In this document: in pieces, positions 1 through 17,618 of the stretch | Layout: each line of letters opens with the position of its first letter | How positions within the stretch are numbered: the first letter of the stretch is position 1 | Assembly: GCF_018977255.1 (NCBI RefSeq) | Contig: NW_024704742.1 | Location: forward strand, 118,978,001-119,042,000 | Source: Callorhinchus milii | Taxonomy: Eukaryota | Length of the DNA: 64,000 nucleotides | Direction of reading: 5' to 3' | Notes under the pieces: model-generated | What the model was told of the DNA's origin: nothing | The model's database searches: none | The model's input: the letters and a program-made list of their open reading frames with translations, nothing else | Translations under genes and position numbers: made by a program

Positions 1-249
1 AGAGTTTCAGCTTTAGTACTGTTTTAGGGATTGTTTACCAAAAGATGAATAACTTGAGAGCTAAGCACCAATGGTATGTGGATTGTTTGATCACAGTTTA
101 CATTTTCAAACTGCAGAAAATGTCATAATTAAATAGAAAAGTGGATACAATTCATATAGATAGCACCAGGTCAAACTTTCACATCTTGGTTTGGAAACTT
201 GTTTCACTTAAATTACATTATCGCACACAATTTGATTTGGAGTTGTCCA

Positions 250-367
250 GCATTGTATTACCTTGTGATGTGTACATACTCTATATTGTATGACCTTGTT
301 ACTACCTGGTGTGTACATACACTATATTGTATTACCTTATAATATGATATACTCTATATTGTGTTAC

Positions 368-395
<28 letters not shown>
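250..395. repeat. Short tandem duplication of the CDK7 exon 7 3' end and donor site
   Basis: Recurring tattgtattacctt and ccttgttactacctg.tgtgta units; 294-320 copies 367-393. Confidence 0.75.
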
Positions 396-7156
<6,761 letters not shown>

Positions 7157-7194
7157 CACTGCCGGCCGCCAGGCAACCAGCGGCGCCGCTTCCG

Positions 7195-7260
7195 CTCAGC
7201 GTCACTTCCTGTCCCCCCCCCGCGGAGTCACGTGGCGAACCCAGCCCCGCCCCTAGCAAC
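7195..7260 (-). promoter_or_regulatory. CDK7 CpG-island core promoter
   Basis: Just upstream of the ATG: ETS-like cacttcctgt, USF-type E-box gtcacgtgg, GC box gccccgccc, X-box-like cctagcaac. Confidence 0.7.
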
Positions 7261-8163
7261 CGTCTCCTTCACCAGACTCTCCCCTAGCAACCGTCACCTT
7301 CACCAGACTCTCCCCTAGCAACCGTCACCTTCACCAGACTCTCCCCTAGCAACCGTCTCCTTCACCAGACTCTCCCCTAGCAACCGTCACCTTCACCAGA
7401 CTCTCCCCTAGCAACCGTCACCTTCACCAGACTCTCCCCTAGCAACCGTCCTTCACCAGACTCTCCCTAGCAACCGTCTCCTTCACTAAACTCTCCCCTA
7501 GCAACCGTCACCTTCACTAAACTCTCCCTAGCAACCGTCACCTTCACTAAACTCTCCGCTACCAACCATCACCAACCTCTCCCTAGCAACCGTCACCTTC
7601 ACTAAACTCTCCCTAGCAACCGTCACCTTCACTAAACTCTCCCTAGCAACCGTCACCTTCACTAAACTCTCCCTAGCAACCGTCACCTTCACTAAACTCT
7701 CCCTAGCAACCGTCACCTTCACTAAACTCTCCCTAGCAACCGTCACCTTCACTAAACTCTCCGCTACCAACCATCACCTTCACTAAACTCTCCCCTAGCA
7801 ACCGTCACCTTCACTAGACTCTCCCCTAGCAACCATCACCTTCACTAGACTCTCCCCTAGCAACCATCACCTTCACTAACCCCCCCCCCACTGCAACTGT
7901 CACCTTCACTAAACTCTCCCCTAGCAACCATCACCTTCACTAGACTCTCCCCTACCAATCATCACCAACCTCCCCCCTAGCAACCGTCACCTTCACTAAA
8001 CTCTCCCCTAGCAACCGTCACCTTCACTAAACTCTCCCCTAGCAACCGTCACCTTCACTAAACTCTCCGCTACCAACCATCACCAACCTCCCCCCTAGCA
8101 ACCGTCACCTTCACTAAACTCTCCCTAGCAACCGTCACCTTCACTAAACTCTCCCTTAGCAAC
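7250..8163. repeat. Minisatellite of ~30 units of 30-31 bp (ccctagcaaccgtcaccttcactaaactct)
   Basis: Directly visible tandem array; 25 exact cctagcaac cores counted by hand, plus variant units. Confidence 0.97.
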
Positions 8164-8309
8164 AGAGGAGTGGTCATCATGAAGTGGTTTGATTGTGAAG
8201 TTTTCTTGAAGTCAATGTGTTCAGATACGGAGCCAGTGGACTCTGGCGAGGATTTTGCTCACAAAATATACATTTTACAGTATATCCTGTGAGGAGCTTC
8301 GAGACACCA

Positions 8310-8568
8310 CCATTGATGGTCGGTCATTTCTGCCAGTCTGCCCCCACCCTCTGGAACTCCATCCCCCAGTCCCTCCACCTCAACCCTCCCTTGCTCCTTA
8401 AAGACCCGTCTCAAGGCACTCTTATTCGACCATGCCTTCGGTTATCCTCCTTCCCCCCCTGCCCTCCCCAATCCCTGACCACCAGCTCGTCTCTGAAACA
8501 CTGAGTGTCCAGTGCCTTGGGAGATTCTCCCGATGTGAAAGGTGCGATACAAATGTAATTTTGTTGTT
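8310..8568 (+). mobile_element. L2 LINE 3' fragment
   Basis: SAPTLWNSIPQSL motif and tail gtgaaaggtgcgatacaaatgtaattttgttgtt. Confidence 0.8.
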
Positions 8569-8574
8569 CATAGA

Positions 8575-8900
8575 ATTATACAGCATAGAAGGAGGTCATT
8601 CGGCCCATCATGTCTGTGCCGGCTCCTTTAAAAGAGCTCTCCAGATAAAGCCCACACCCCCGCTCTCTCCCCATAATCCTGCAAACTTGTCCTCCCCAAA
8701 TAATTATCTGCTTCTCTCTTAAAAGTTATTATCGAATCAGCTTCCACCGCCCTTTCGGGCAATGCATTCCAGATCCGAACAACTCGCTGTGTGAAAAAAT
8801 TTCGCCTCACCTCCTCACCTCCTCTCTGTTTCCTTTAACAACTATTTTACCGACCCATCCGCCATTGGAAATAGTTTTGCCTTGTTCACCCTATCAAATC
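8575..8900 (-). mobile_element. CR1 LINE 3' fragment
   Basis: RRNFFTQRVVRIWNALPERAVEADSIITFKRE matches the CR1 ORF2 C-terminus; CR1-type 3' UTR follows. Confidence 0.85.
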
Positions 8901-9450
8901 AGGATAGTGTCTCAGAGCACTTAACAGTGGCGGAGCCTGACTCCGAGCCGGGGGTTGGGGTGGGGGAGAGGTGGCGGTAAGCACAGTCAAAGAGGAAAGT
9001 TTTCAGATGGGACTTGAAAGAGGGTAGAGAAGGGGCAAGGTGGAAGGATTGAGGGAGAGCGTTCCAGAGTTTTGGGGCATAGTGGCTGAAAGTGCAACCT
9101 CCATGGTGGGGCGGAGGGTGCGAGGGATGAGCAGGACGCTGGTGCCAGTCGAGCGGAGGTGCCGTGTGGTGGATTGAAGAGTGAGGAGGTCAGAGAGGTA
9201 GAGGGGTACCAGAGAGTGAAGGGATTTGAATAAATGTGAGGATCTTGAAGTTGATCCGTTCGGTGATGGGGAGCCAGTGGGGCCTGGCCAGAACTGGTGA
9301 GATGTGGGTATGGAGTTTGGTCTAGGGGCAGAGTTCTGAATGAGCTGAATCTTTTGAATAGTGGAGCTGGGGAGACCGGCGAGGAGTGCGTTTGAGTAAT
9401 GCAGGCAGGAGGTGTCAAATGAATGCTCAAGGGTTTCGGCTGCATTTGGC
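8900..9450 (-). mobile_element. L2 LINE 3' fragment
   Basis: LHYSNALLAGLPSSTIQKIQLIQNSA motif. Confidence 0.85.
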
Positions 9451-10484
9451 TGCAATCCCTACATTTAATAATAATAATAATCCTTGCATTTGATATGGTG
9501 CCTTATCAGGTTTTTGAGACGCCTCAAAGCACTTCTAACAAAAAACACAAATGGACTTAAAATAGCTATAAATCATTCATTTTGGACCTACTCCCTTATG
9601 TTTTATTAATTTGTACATCTAAAAATATTTTTTTCATTATGTTAAATATTCATAAAAGAATTCTGGGCTCATTTTTTTTGCCCCTTCTGTCTTTAGTACT
9701 GTAACCAGGGGGAATTCACAAGAAACTGCTTGCAAAGTGTCTACTGGTGTGATTATATAAATAAGTATTATGAGATGCATGTGTTCCCTGGTGAGATTCA
9801 ACCTGTTCCTGTGTGTTAGGAGCTGCTTGATCCACTTGATATGTGGATGAAAATTTGTAATTGCTGTGCAGAATCATGAGCGTGAACCCACAATTGACAC
9901 CCACAGCTTGATGATGTATTTCCTCAACCCCCACAATTCTTGAATCGAGGAATCACATAACACACAAAAAAAATCAACGGATGTCTTGTCCTTTTAAGTA
10001 CTTCTGGTTTCTACCACTTCAGCATCATATCCAAAAGCTCCAATAACATTTTAAACTCCAGATTATTTTTCTGTTCTTATCACTGTATTGTTGGCTTCAT
10101 TTGTATCTTTTGTTAAAAAAAATTCACACATGAAAAAATAAATATATAAATCAAATTTGGCAATGTTAACAAGACACAATTGCAAGGTATATTTTTATAT
10201 ATCAGGAGTCCTTACATGGGAAAAAATATGAAATGTTACAAAACCTTACTGTAGCATGTCCATTCAGGAGAAAGAAAATTGATGGAAAACACCTAAAAGA
10301 CAAACGATGGCGTTCCAAATGCAATATGCTCATTTTTGTTTCTTACTTTGAATCAAAAAGCCTCATGCATTGTTGAGACAAGTGGACATATGGGAGGATA
10401 AAATATACTGTTTGCTTTTAAATTAAAACATTCATTATTTTTACGCGTTTCAGTGATGTTGGTTAAAACATATTCCGGTTTCTT

Positions 10485-11215
10485 GTCCGATGGTAGGGCG
10501 GGGGACCTGGAGCAGGCTCCCTACTGAACGGAGGGAGCGGACAGGTTGATAGGGGGTCAGCAGGTCAGAGATGTAGGAGGGGGTGAGGCCGTGGAGGGTC
10601 TTGAAAGCGAGGATGAGATTTTTGAATTCTATCCTCTGAGAGATGGGGAGCCAGTGGAGCCTGGTGAGGGTAGGGCTGATGGGATCACGGAGCCTGGTGC
10701 GGGAGAGGACACGAGCTGCAGAGTTCTGGATGATCTGCAGCTTGTGGAGGGAAGAGTTGGAAGAGACCGACAAGGAGGGAGTTTCCATTGTCGAGCCTTG
10801 AAGTGACGAATGCGTGTATGAGGGTTCCGGCGGCATTACAGGTGAGGCAGCGGCAGAATTGGGCAATGTTGCGGAGGTGGGGGAAGGCAGAGTGGCTAAT
10901 GGCACACATATGGGGGAGAACAACAACAACAAGATTCCATCTATAGAGCGCCTTTCACGTCTGGAGGACGTCCCAAGGCGCTGAAAGGACAGTTGAAGGT
11001 CGAACAAGACGCCCAGATTCCTGACTGGCTTGGTGAGGTGGAGTGTGAATCCGTGGATGCTGATGCTGCCGGTGCCTGAGGTGCGGAGGTGCTGGCACGA
11101 GCCAATCAGGAGAGCCTCAGTCTTGTTAACATTCAGCTGTAGAAAGTTGGCTCTCATCCAGGACTTGATGTCAGACGTCAGTTGTCCTGGAATTGAAGAT
11201 GGAGGCAGAGAGCCA
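10485..11215 (-). mobile_element. L2 LINE fragment with an inserted L2 3' tail at ~10920-10985
   Basis: MRANFLQLNVNKTEALLIG, VRNLGVLFD and IQNSAARVL..LHWLPI. Confidence 0.9.
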
Positions 11216-11270
11216 GAGTTGAGACTCTATCAAATGCACTCTATCAAATGCAAGGGTGATTAATATTATT

Positions 11271-11299
11271 ATTACTTCTTGGCCTTTTCGCTCAGATCA
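11271..11299 (+). other. Degenerate fragment of the U2 snRNA 5' end
   Basis: attacttcttggccttttcgctcagatca versus U2 atcgcttctcggccttttggctaagatca (24/29 by eye); similarity stops there. Confidence 0.55.
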
Positions 11300-11639
11300 G
11301 ATATTCAGGACTATAACCAGAAAATTGATTGACTTAATCGAGTTGGGAGAACAGATATGGGACTGCACTGTCTTTTGTTAGTTTGAAGCCCGGGTTTCGG
11401 TGTTTGAGAGTGTGGGTTTCCTCGATACTGGTTACCTTTGGGGCAACTCACATTCCATTTTGCCCACAAAATACACGGTAAATTTACTTTACAATATATT
11501 TTGTGAAGTGTTTGAGACGTCTCAATGATGTGATAAGGCGCGATTTCAAATATAAGGATTATTATTATTAAAACGGAATGTAATTTGGATAATTCTTCAC
11601 GAGAGAAGGGGCAACCTAGCTCACCGCATAACTAATAGC

Positions 11640-12056
11640 AATCCTTGCGTTTGATAAAGCGCCTTATCATGTCTTCAAGACGTCTCAAGGCGCTTCATAG
11701 AATATACTGTAAAGTGAAATGATTATATTTGGTCGGCAAAAAGTGGCAGCCAATTGCGCACAGCAGTGTCCCCAAACAGTCGTGGGTTGAGTGACCAAAT
11801 TATTATTTAAAAAAAAAATGTTTTGAAGGGATCATTACCCCCGGAAAAGCATAAAGCATTCTGCCAATCAACTAACAACTGGGTTCCTACTTACTGCTAG
11901 GAAAACAGTAAGGAGTAAGGAAAGTTGTCCAAGGGCTCATCCTGGCCAGGAAGCCAACACAACAACAACAAGATTCCATTTATTGAGCGCCTTTCACGTC
12001 GGGAGGACCTCTCGCTCACGAGGCGAGTGCTCTAACCACTAAACTCCAGGACTCCA
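11640..12056 (-). mobile_element. tRNA-derived SINE (long) interrupted by an L2 tail at ~11960-12010
   Basis: Conserved SINE head, body and tail; embedded caacaacaagattccatttattgagcgcc. Confidence 0.85.
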
Positions 12057-12160
12057 CAACCTGCTTCAGGCCCTAACACAGATATTGCCAATATCTTAAC
12101 CTTTTGGCAAAGGCGACCTCCAATCTTTCAGCATCTTGCAGTTGCTGCTCTCGTCAGTGA

Positions 12161-12177
12161 GACTCCCCCTGGTGGCT
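12161..12177 (-). promoter_or_regulatory. CTCF motif candidate
   Basis: Minus strand reads AGCCACCAGGGGGAGTC, close to the CTCF core CCASYAGRKGGCR. Confidence 0.45.
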
Positions 12178-13859
12178 CTCCTCAGGGCCCATTATTTACG
12201 CGAGCCTTCAACATGCCCCACAAAACCTTGCAGGTCGGAATATTTAAACAGTCGTGTTGAGTTTGCTGATATTTCTTCCAAGGTGCCGACCGGGCGGAGT
12301 GGTTTCCCCATCGGTTAGAAAGGACGTCGAAATATATTCGCAGGATGGTTCACGTGGTGGTAAACGGTAGCACGTGAATGCCGCCTCATTGTATGTAAGA
12401 GGCGGGGTGTGCGGCATGGTGCGAGGGTGGCTGGGGCCGGTCATCTCCAGTATGCTCTGGTTTCTCTTCAGATCGTATAAATCTTTCGCCTTTTACTAAA
12501 GATTTCCGTGGAGAGGAGCATTTACGAGTTTGAAACTAATTTTTTTAGGCTCTGCCTCGGCAGAGCTTCCCTCAGTAACAAAGAACAGACTCTCACACAC
12601 ACGCTACCCCTGGCCCCTCACTCACTGTCCCTCCCTCCTGACACTACCCCCACAGCTCAGGTCCTAATCCCTGACTGTCCAGAGGTCCTCCTGCCCCCCT
12701 CCCTCCATGTAAATGCTCCATTTATACAGATGGGATCTGTTGTTGTTCCCTGTCTGACCCGTGTCCTCCTCCCGACGACAACTGTCCTCCTTCAGCCCAA
12801 GAACCAGGTTATATGTCCCTGTCCCAGCTTCTTTTTTTATATGTATGTTACTGAGTGAGGTTAGAACCGCTCGCCTCCATCAACCGAATATGTTCCACTT
12901 AGGGCACAAAGGTTGGCCCCGCAGACAAGCCCCGATTTTCCACCCCCAAAACTCTTCTAGGCCCCAAATTGTCCATGTGGACCTGAACCAAGTCTTCACG
13001 ACCACCCGAGCAAGTCAGGTAACCCCTTCTATGTAACCCCTTCTCAGTTTCAAAACTGATCCAATCAAATCGCCTTCAGCCACCTCCCCCTTCCCCTCCA
13101 CTCTTTTTCCCAGTTCAGGCTTCCACTCAGTCTCTGTAAAGCATTTTGAGAATGCCCAGGCACTATGTAAATGCAAAATTTCCCCCCCCCCCAGCGGAAA
13201 TGATAGGTTAGAGGTCTGCCACACTGAAATCCCTTTCCACTTGAAAGTAGCTTTTATCTTCAATGTATCATCTTCAAATTTCAATTTTTTTAAACAAATC
13301 TGGTAATTGTAGAGTGGACCCTTGGTCAGTTATTGCTACATGTAAAATACAAACACACACGAAATTCAGCAGATATTGGTTGGCAATATCCATATCTTTC
13401 GAAGCTCCTATTGGAATATTTTCAAAAGGGTGTTTTTTAAAGCAGTCATTCCACTTTACGTTAAATTCTGTGAAGCTCTTTGAGACATCTCGATGACGTG
13501 AAAAGCTTTATATCAAATGCAAGGATTATTGTTATTTTAGCAATTATAGAAAAGATAAATGTTGAATTTCTGACAAATAAATAAAATATTTAATAAAATA
13601 AATATTTCTCTACTAAAATCATTCAGCATTAATTTACATAGATTGGTTCCACAACACCTAAAAAACATTCTAGTCGCAACTTGAAAAACAAGTGTAGCAT
13701 GTTGAGCAAAATATATTTTACTAAAGTTAACCTTACTGTGATGAGTTATAACAAAATATTACACTATGTAACATTCAACTGCAGCATTTTCAAGTTTTAA
13801 AAACCCAGATTGTTGTGTATAGTACATTACTTGTATCAGTGAAGTGAAAGTATAAGTAA

Positions 13860-14395
13860 TAACAACAACAAAATTATATTTGTATTCCACCTTTCATGTC
13901 AGGAGGACGTCCTAAGAAGCTGGACAATCAGCGTTTCGGACCTGAGTTGGGGGTCGGGATCAGGCTGGGTGGAGGGCAGAGGGATGAGGGTGACCGAAGG
14001 CACAGTCGAAGAGGAGGTTCTTGAGAGGGGTCTTGAAGGAGGCAAGGGAGGGGGCGAGGTGGAGGGACTGCAGGATGGAGTTCCAGAGGGTGGGGCAGTG
14101 TGGCTGAAGGCCCACCTGCCAATGGTGGGTTGGGCGTGGTGGGGGAACTTGAAGCAGACTGAAACCCACTGAGTGGAGGGAGCGGGCAGGTTGGTAGGAG
14201 GTCGCAGAGGTAGTGGGGAGGAAGGCGCTTTGAAAGTGAGGACCAGGATCTTGAACTGTATCCTCTGTGTGATGGGAAGCCAGTGGAGTCGGACGAGGAT
14301 GGGGTGATAGGGTCACGGAGCCTGGTGCTGGAGAGTGACGTGAGCTGCAGTCTATGGAGGGAGGAGTTGGGGAGACCAACAAGCAGGAAGTTTGC
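13860..14395 (-). mobile_element. L2 LINE 3' fragment
   Basis: PTLWNSILQSLHLAPSLASFK..LFDCAF; (GTT)n tail. Confidence 0.85.
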
Positions 14396-14585
14396 ATAAT
14401 AATGTAATATTCTCACCACAACTCCCAAGATTACTCCCACTCACTTTAAGGGCTCATGTGCAAATATCATGAAGCTTTTGAAAGTTTGTAATCCGTTCTA
14501 TAACTTTTCCCACCAATCTGTGATTGAGGATACAATTAAGTTTTCTCAGATTTTCTCAGTCAGTCATTATTTCGCCCACAAATAT

Positions 14586-15425
14586 ACAACAACAACAACT
14601 TGGATTTATATAGCGCACTCCATGCCGGACGGCGTCTCAGAGCGCTTCACAGTAACGGATCCCGGGGCCGAGTCAGGGGAGGGGGAGGAAGGTGACCAAA
14701 AGCGCGGTCGAAAAGAAAGGTCTTCAGCAGAGACTTGAAAATAGGAAGAGAGGGAGCGAGGCGAAGGGAGTGAGGAAGGCAGTTCCAGAGCCTCGGTGCG
14801 TGGTGGCTGAAGGCATGGCCGCCGAGGGTGGAGCGGAGGACTCGGGGGACGAGGAGGAGGCCAGACCCGGAGGAACAAAGGCAATGGGTACTGTGCTGAG
14901 GAGAGAGGAGGTCAGAGGGGTAGGAGGGTGCAGAGGAGTGCAGGGACTTGAATACAAGGGTGAGGATCTTGAAATCGATCCTCTCTGGGATGGGCAGCCA
15001 GTGCAGACTGGCAAGGACTGGGGTGATTGGGGAGCGGAGTTTCGTGCAGGTGAGAATGTGGGCGGCAGAGTTTTGAATGATTTGGATTTTATGGATAGTA
15101 GTGGATGGAAGGCCGGCGAGGAGGGCGTTAGAGTAGTCCAGCCGAGGTGATAAAGGCATGGACCAGGGTTTCAACGGCTTTTGGGGAGAGGTATTTGCGG
15201 AGACGGGCGATGCGTCGGAGGTGGAAGAAAGCGGTGCTGGTGAGGTACCGGATGTGGGGGAGGAAGGATACTTGGGGGTCGAACCTGACCCTAAGTTGCG
15301 TACGGGTTCGGAAAGTTTTAGTGGGAGGTTGGATAGGTGGAGGAGGTGAGAGCCGTGAGATTTTAGATGTTGACGAGAGCCAAAGAGTATGGCTTCCGTT
15401 TTGTCAACGTTCAGCTGAAGGAAAT
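14586..15425 (-). mobile_element. L2 LINE 3' fragment, relatively young
   Basis: RLDYSNALLAGLP..IQNSAAHIL..LHWLPIPERIDFKIL..APRLWNCLP; (GTT)n tail. Confidence 0.92.
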
Positions 15426-17618
15426 TTGCTCTCAATCAATTCACTTTACAGTCTGTTCTGTGAAGCGCTTTGAGATGTCTATAAGACCTAAAAAGCGCTA
15501 TATCAAATGCAAGAATTATTATTATTATTACGTGAAAGAAAAAGTAAAATATGCAAGATATCGTTTATGGTTATGTTTAGATCCAAGACAGACCTTAAAG
15601 ATGACTGGTTTGTTGTTAAAATTGTTGCTTAGAATCTTGGTTTCTGAAGTAAATGGGCACAATTTATGAATACATTTTACAACACAATACCGTATGTTAC
15701 GATTAAAATATAGGTTGTGTAATGCTAAAGTAGTTAGAACAGTCCTATGAGTAAGATGTAATTAAAGATCGCTTTTATGAGTACGCTTGTCATTGAAAGT
15801 ACAATGAGAGGGTTGCACGATGCTCATCCAGAAGAAAGGACAGGGAGTAGAAACTTCGACCACACAATGAACGGAAGATAACAGGCAGAGTGCTGGCCAA
15901 AGCTCCAAGGTCGTGGTACGGAGTGCTAAGCAAGAGGAATGTGGTGTTCACGTGAAAGAACCTTATATGGAAAGAGGAAAGAGGAAAAAAAGCATGAAAG
16001 AGCCACGGGATGTGCACGTGCACAGTATGTGGTAAAGGACAATTGGACAATTAGTTATGAATAAGGGTGAAAACTGGGACTCCTCGCTTCGCTGGTGGGT
16101 CCGTAGCTGTGAACGTGCTGACCATAGAAGGAGAAGTCCTCCAGTTATCTGGTAGTATTGTTTTGTTACACGCTGATTACTATTGCTGTTATTTGGGTTA
16201 CCCAGTAGGGAAACTGACTTATGAGCTTTTTACATTAAATAGAATTAGACTTTAGTTTTGTTTAGTCTTTATTCTTTACACCATATAAGACAACAAAAAT
16301 ATTAGTTTATGTCCAAGTTTTAATTAACATACACATTTCAATTCTTTATCTTAACTGATTTTGGATTCATGATTTTGTTGAACACACAATAATATTTCAG
16401 TAACAAAAAAAATCCACTTGCAATGGTTTGTGTCCATATCTATATACCCTCCCACCACCAACAATAAAATGTCCTTGTTTTTGTCCATTATATCACTCCT
16501 ACATTTAGCTGTGACTGTTACTAATTTCATATGCAGGCAATGAAGTTATACTGAAAATACACAATTCCTCAGTTTTCTGCATCTCGATGCAAGAGTGCTA
16601 AAAATATTCCGTGACTAATAGTGTTACAGCATTAATCTGAATATAAAACACCAAATCCTTCACCTAATTAAAAACATTTTACTGCCATGGTTCAGCACCA
16701 ATTTTCTTTTAATTTTGAAAAGAACTGCAAATTCACATATGAATAGTTCACAATGGTCAATTCAGCAAAATAGTTAAAAGTAATTTTTAGCCTATTTCAA
16801 AGAACAAAGGTGGACAATGCCAAACCATAAATTTGTATAACTAGGTATCGAATCCTATCAAAAACATATATCTGTTTATTTCATGAATAAGAAAGCAGCT
16901 GGACACTGACAATTCCAAATTTAGAATTAAAAGGTTGGGGCCTGAAGACCAATATCTAATTTTCTGTAATCTTGAGAATATACTTAGAAAAACAGATTTT
17001 TAAAAATGTTCTGTCTGCATACCTGGTAATACATTTTAACATAAGAAATCAGAGATTTTTCTAAACTTTATAAATCAGTTTAATTTAAAAAAAGTTCAGT
17101 TAAGAATTCAGCTCATATACTAAGAATGAGAGACAACTTGCATTTTTATAGTGCTTTATCATGTTAAAATGACTTGTTAGTGTTACCAATGTCTGTTAAA
17201 TGTAATAAACGGTAATAATTTATGGTTAAACACAAAACACTCCTTACAATTTACAACACTTTGAAAGAAATGATCAGAAAATTAGAAAAATGGTCTTCTC
17301 TGAATTTTATTACAACCAGAACACCCAAATAAGTTAAAATATACAAAGATGCTTACCAGACCTTCCCATGCACATCACACGAGACAGTTCAAGTATCATA
17401 CCGAGATGTCTTTGACATTACAATTTATAACCGTTGTGTCCTTTATTGAACATTATATACACAGCTATTGATCTTCTGAGCATTTATTTCGCAAAATGGC
17501 AAAAATGGTTACACGAATTGGCAGATATTGTGTATGAACAGCTTCAAAGTTGCATAAAGTCAGCAACCAAAAGATAATAGAAGAAGCCACTGATATGTGA
17601 TAGAAGTATGAGGTCAGC

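Noticed and set aside
7250-8163. Possible CRISPR array or repeat protein (VARESLVKVT)n
   Set aside because: Head-to-tail units with no unique spacers, a eukaryotic context, and a unit length that varies out of frame.
9716-9934. 72 aa minus-strand ORF
   Set aside because: GTG start, no recognisable motif, and no frame-consistent link to neighbouring exon candidates.
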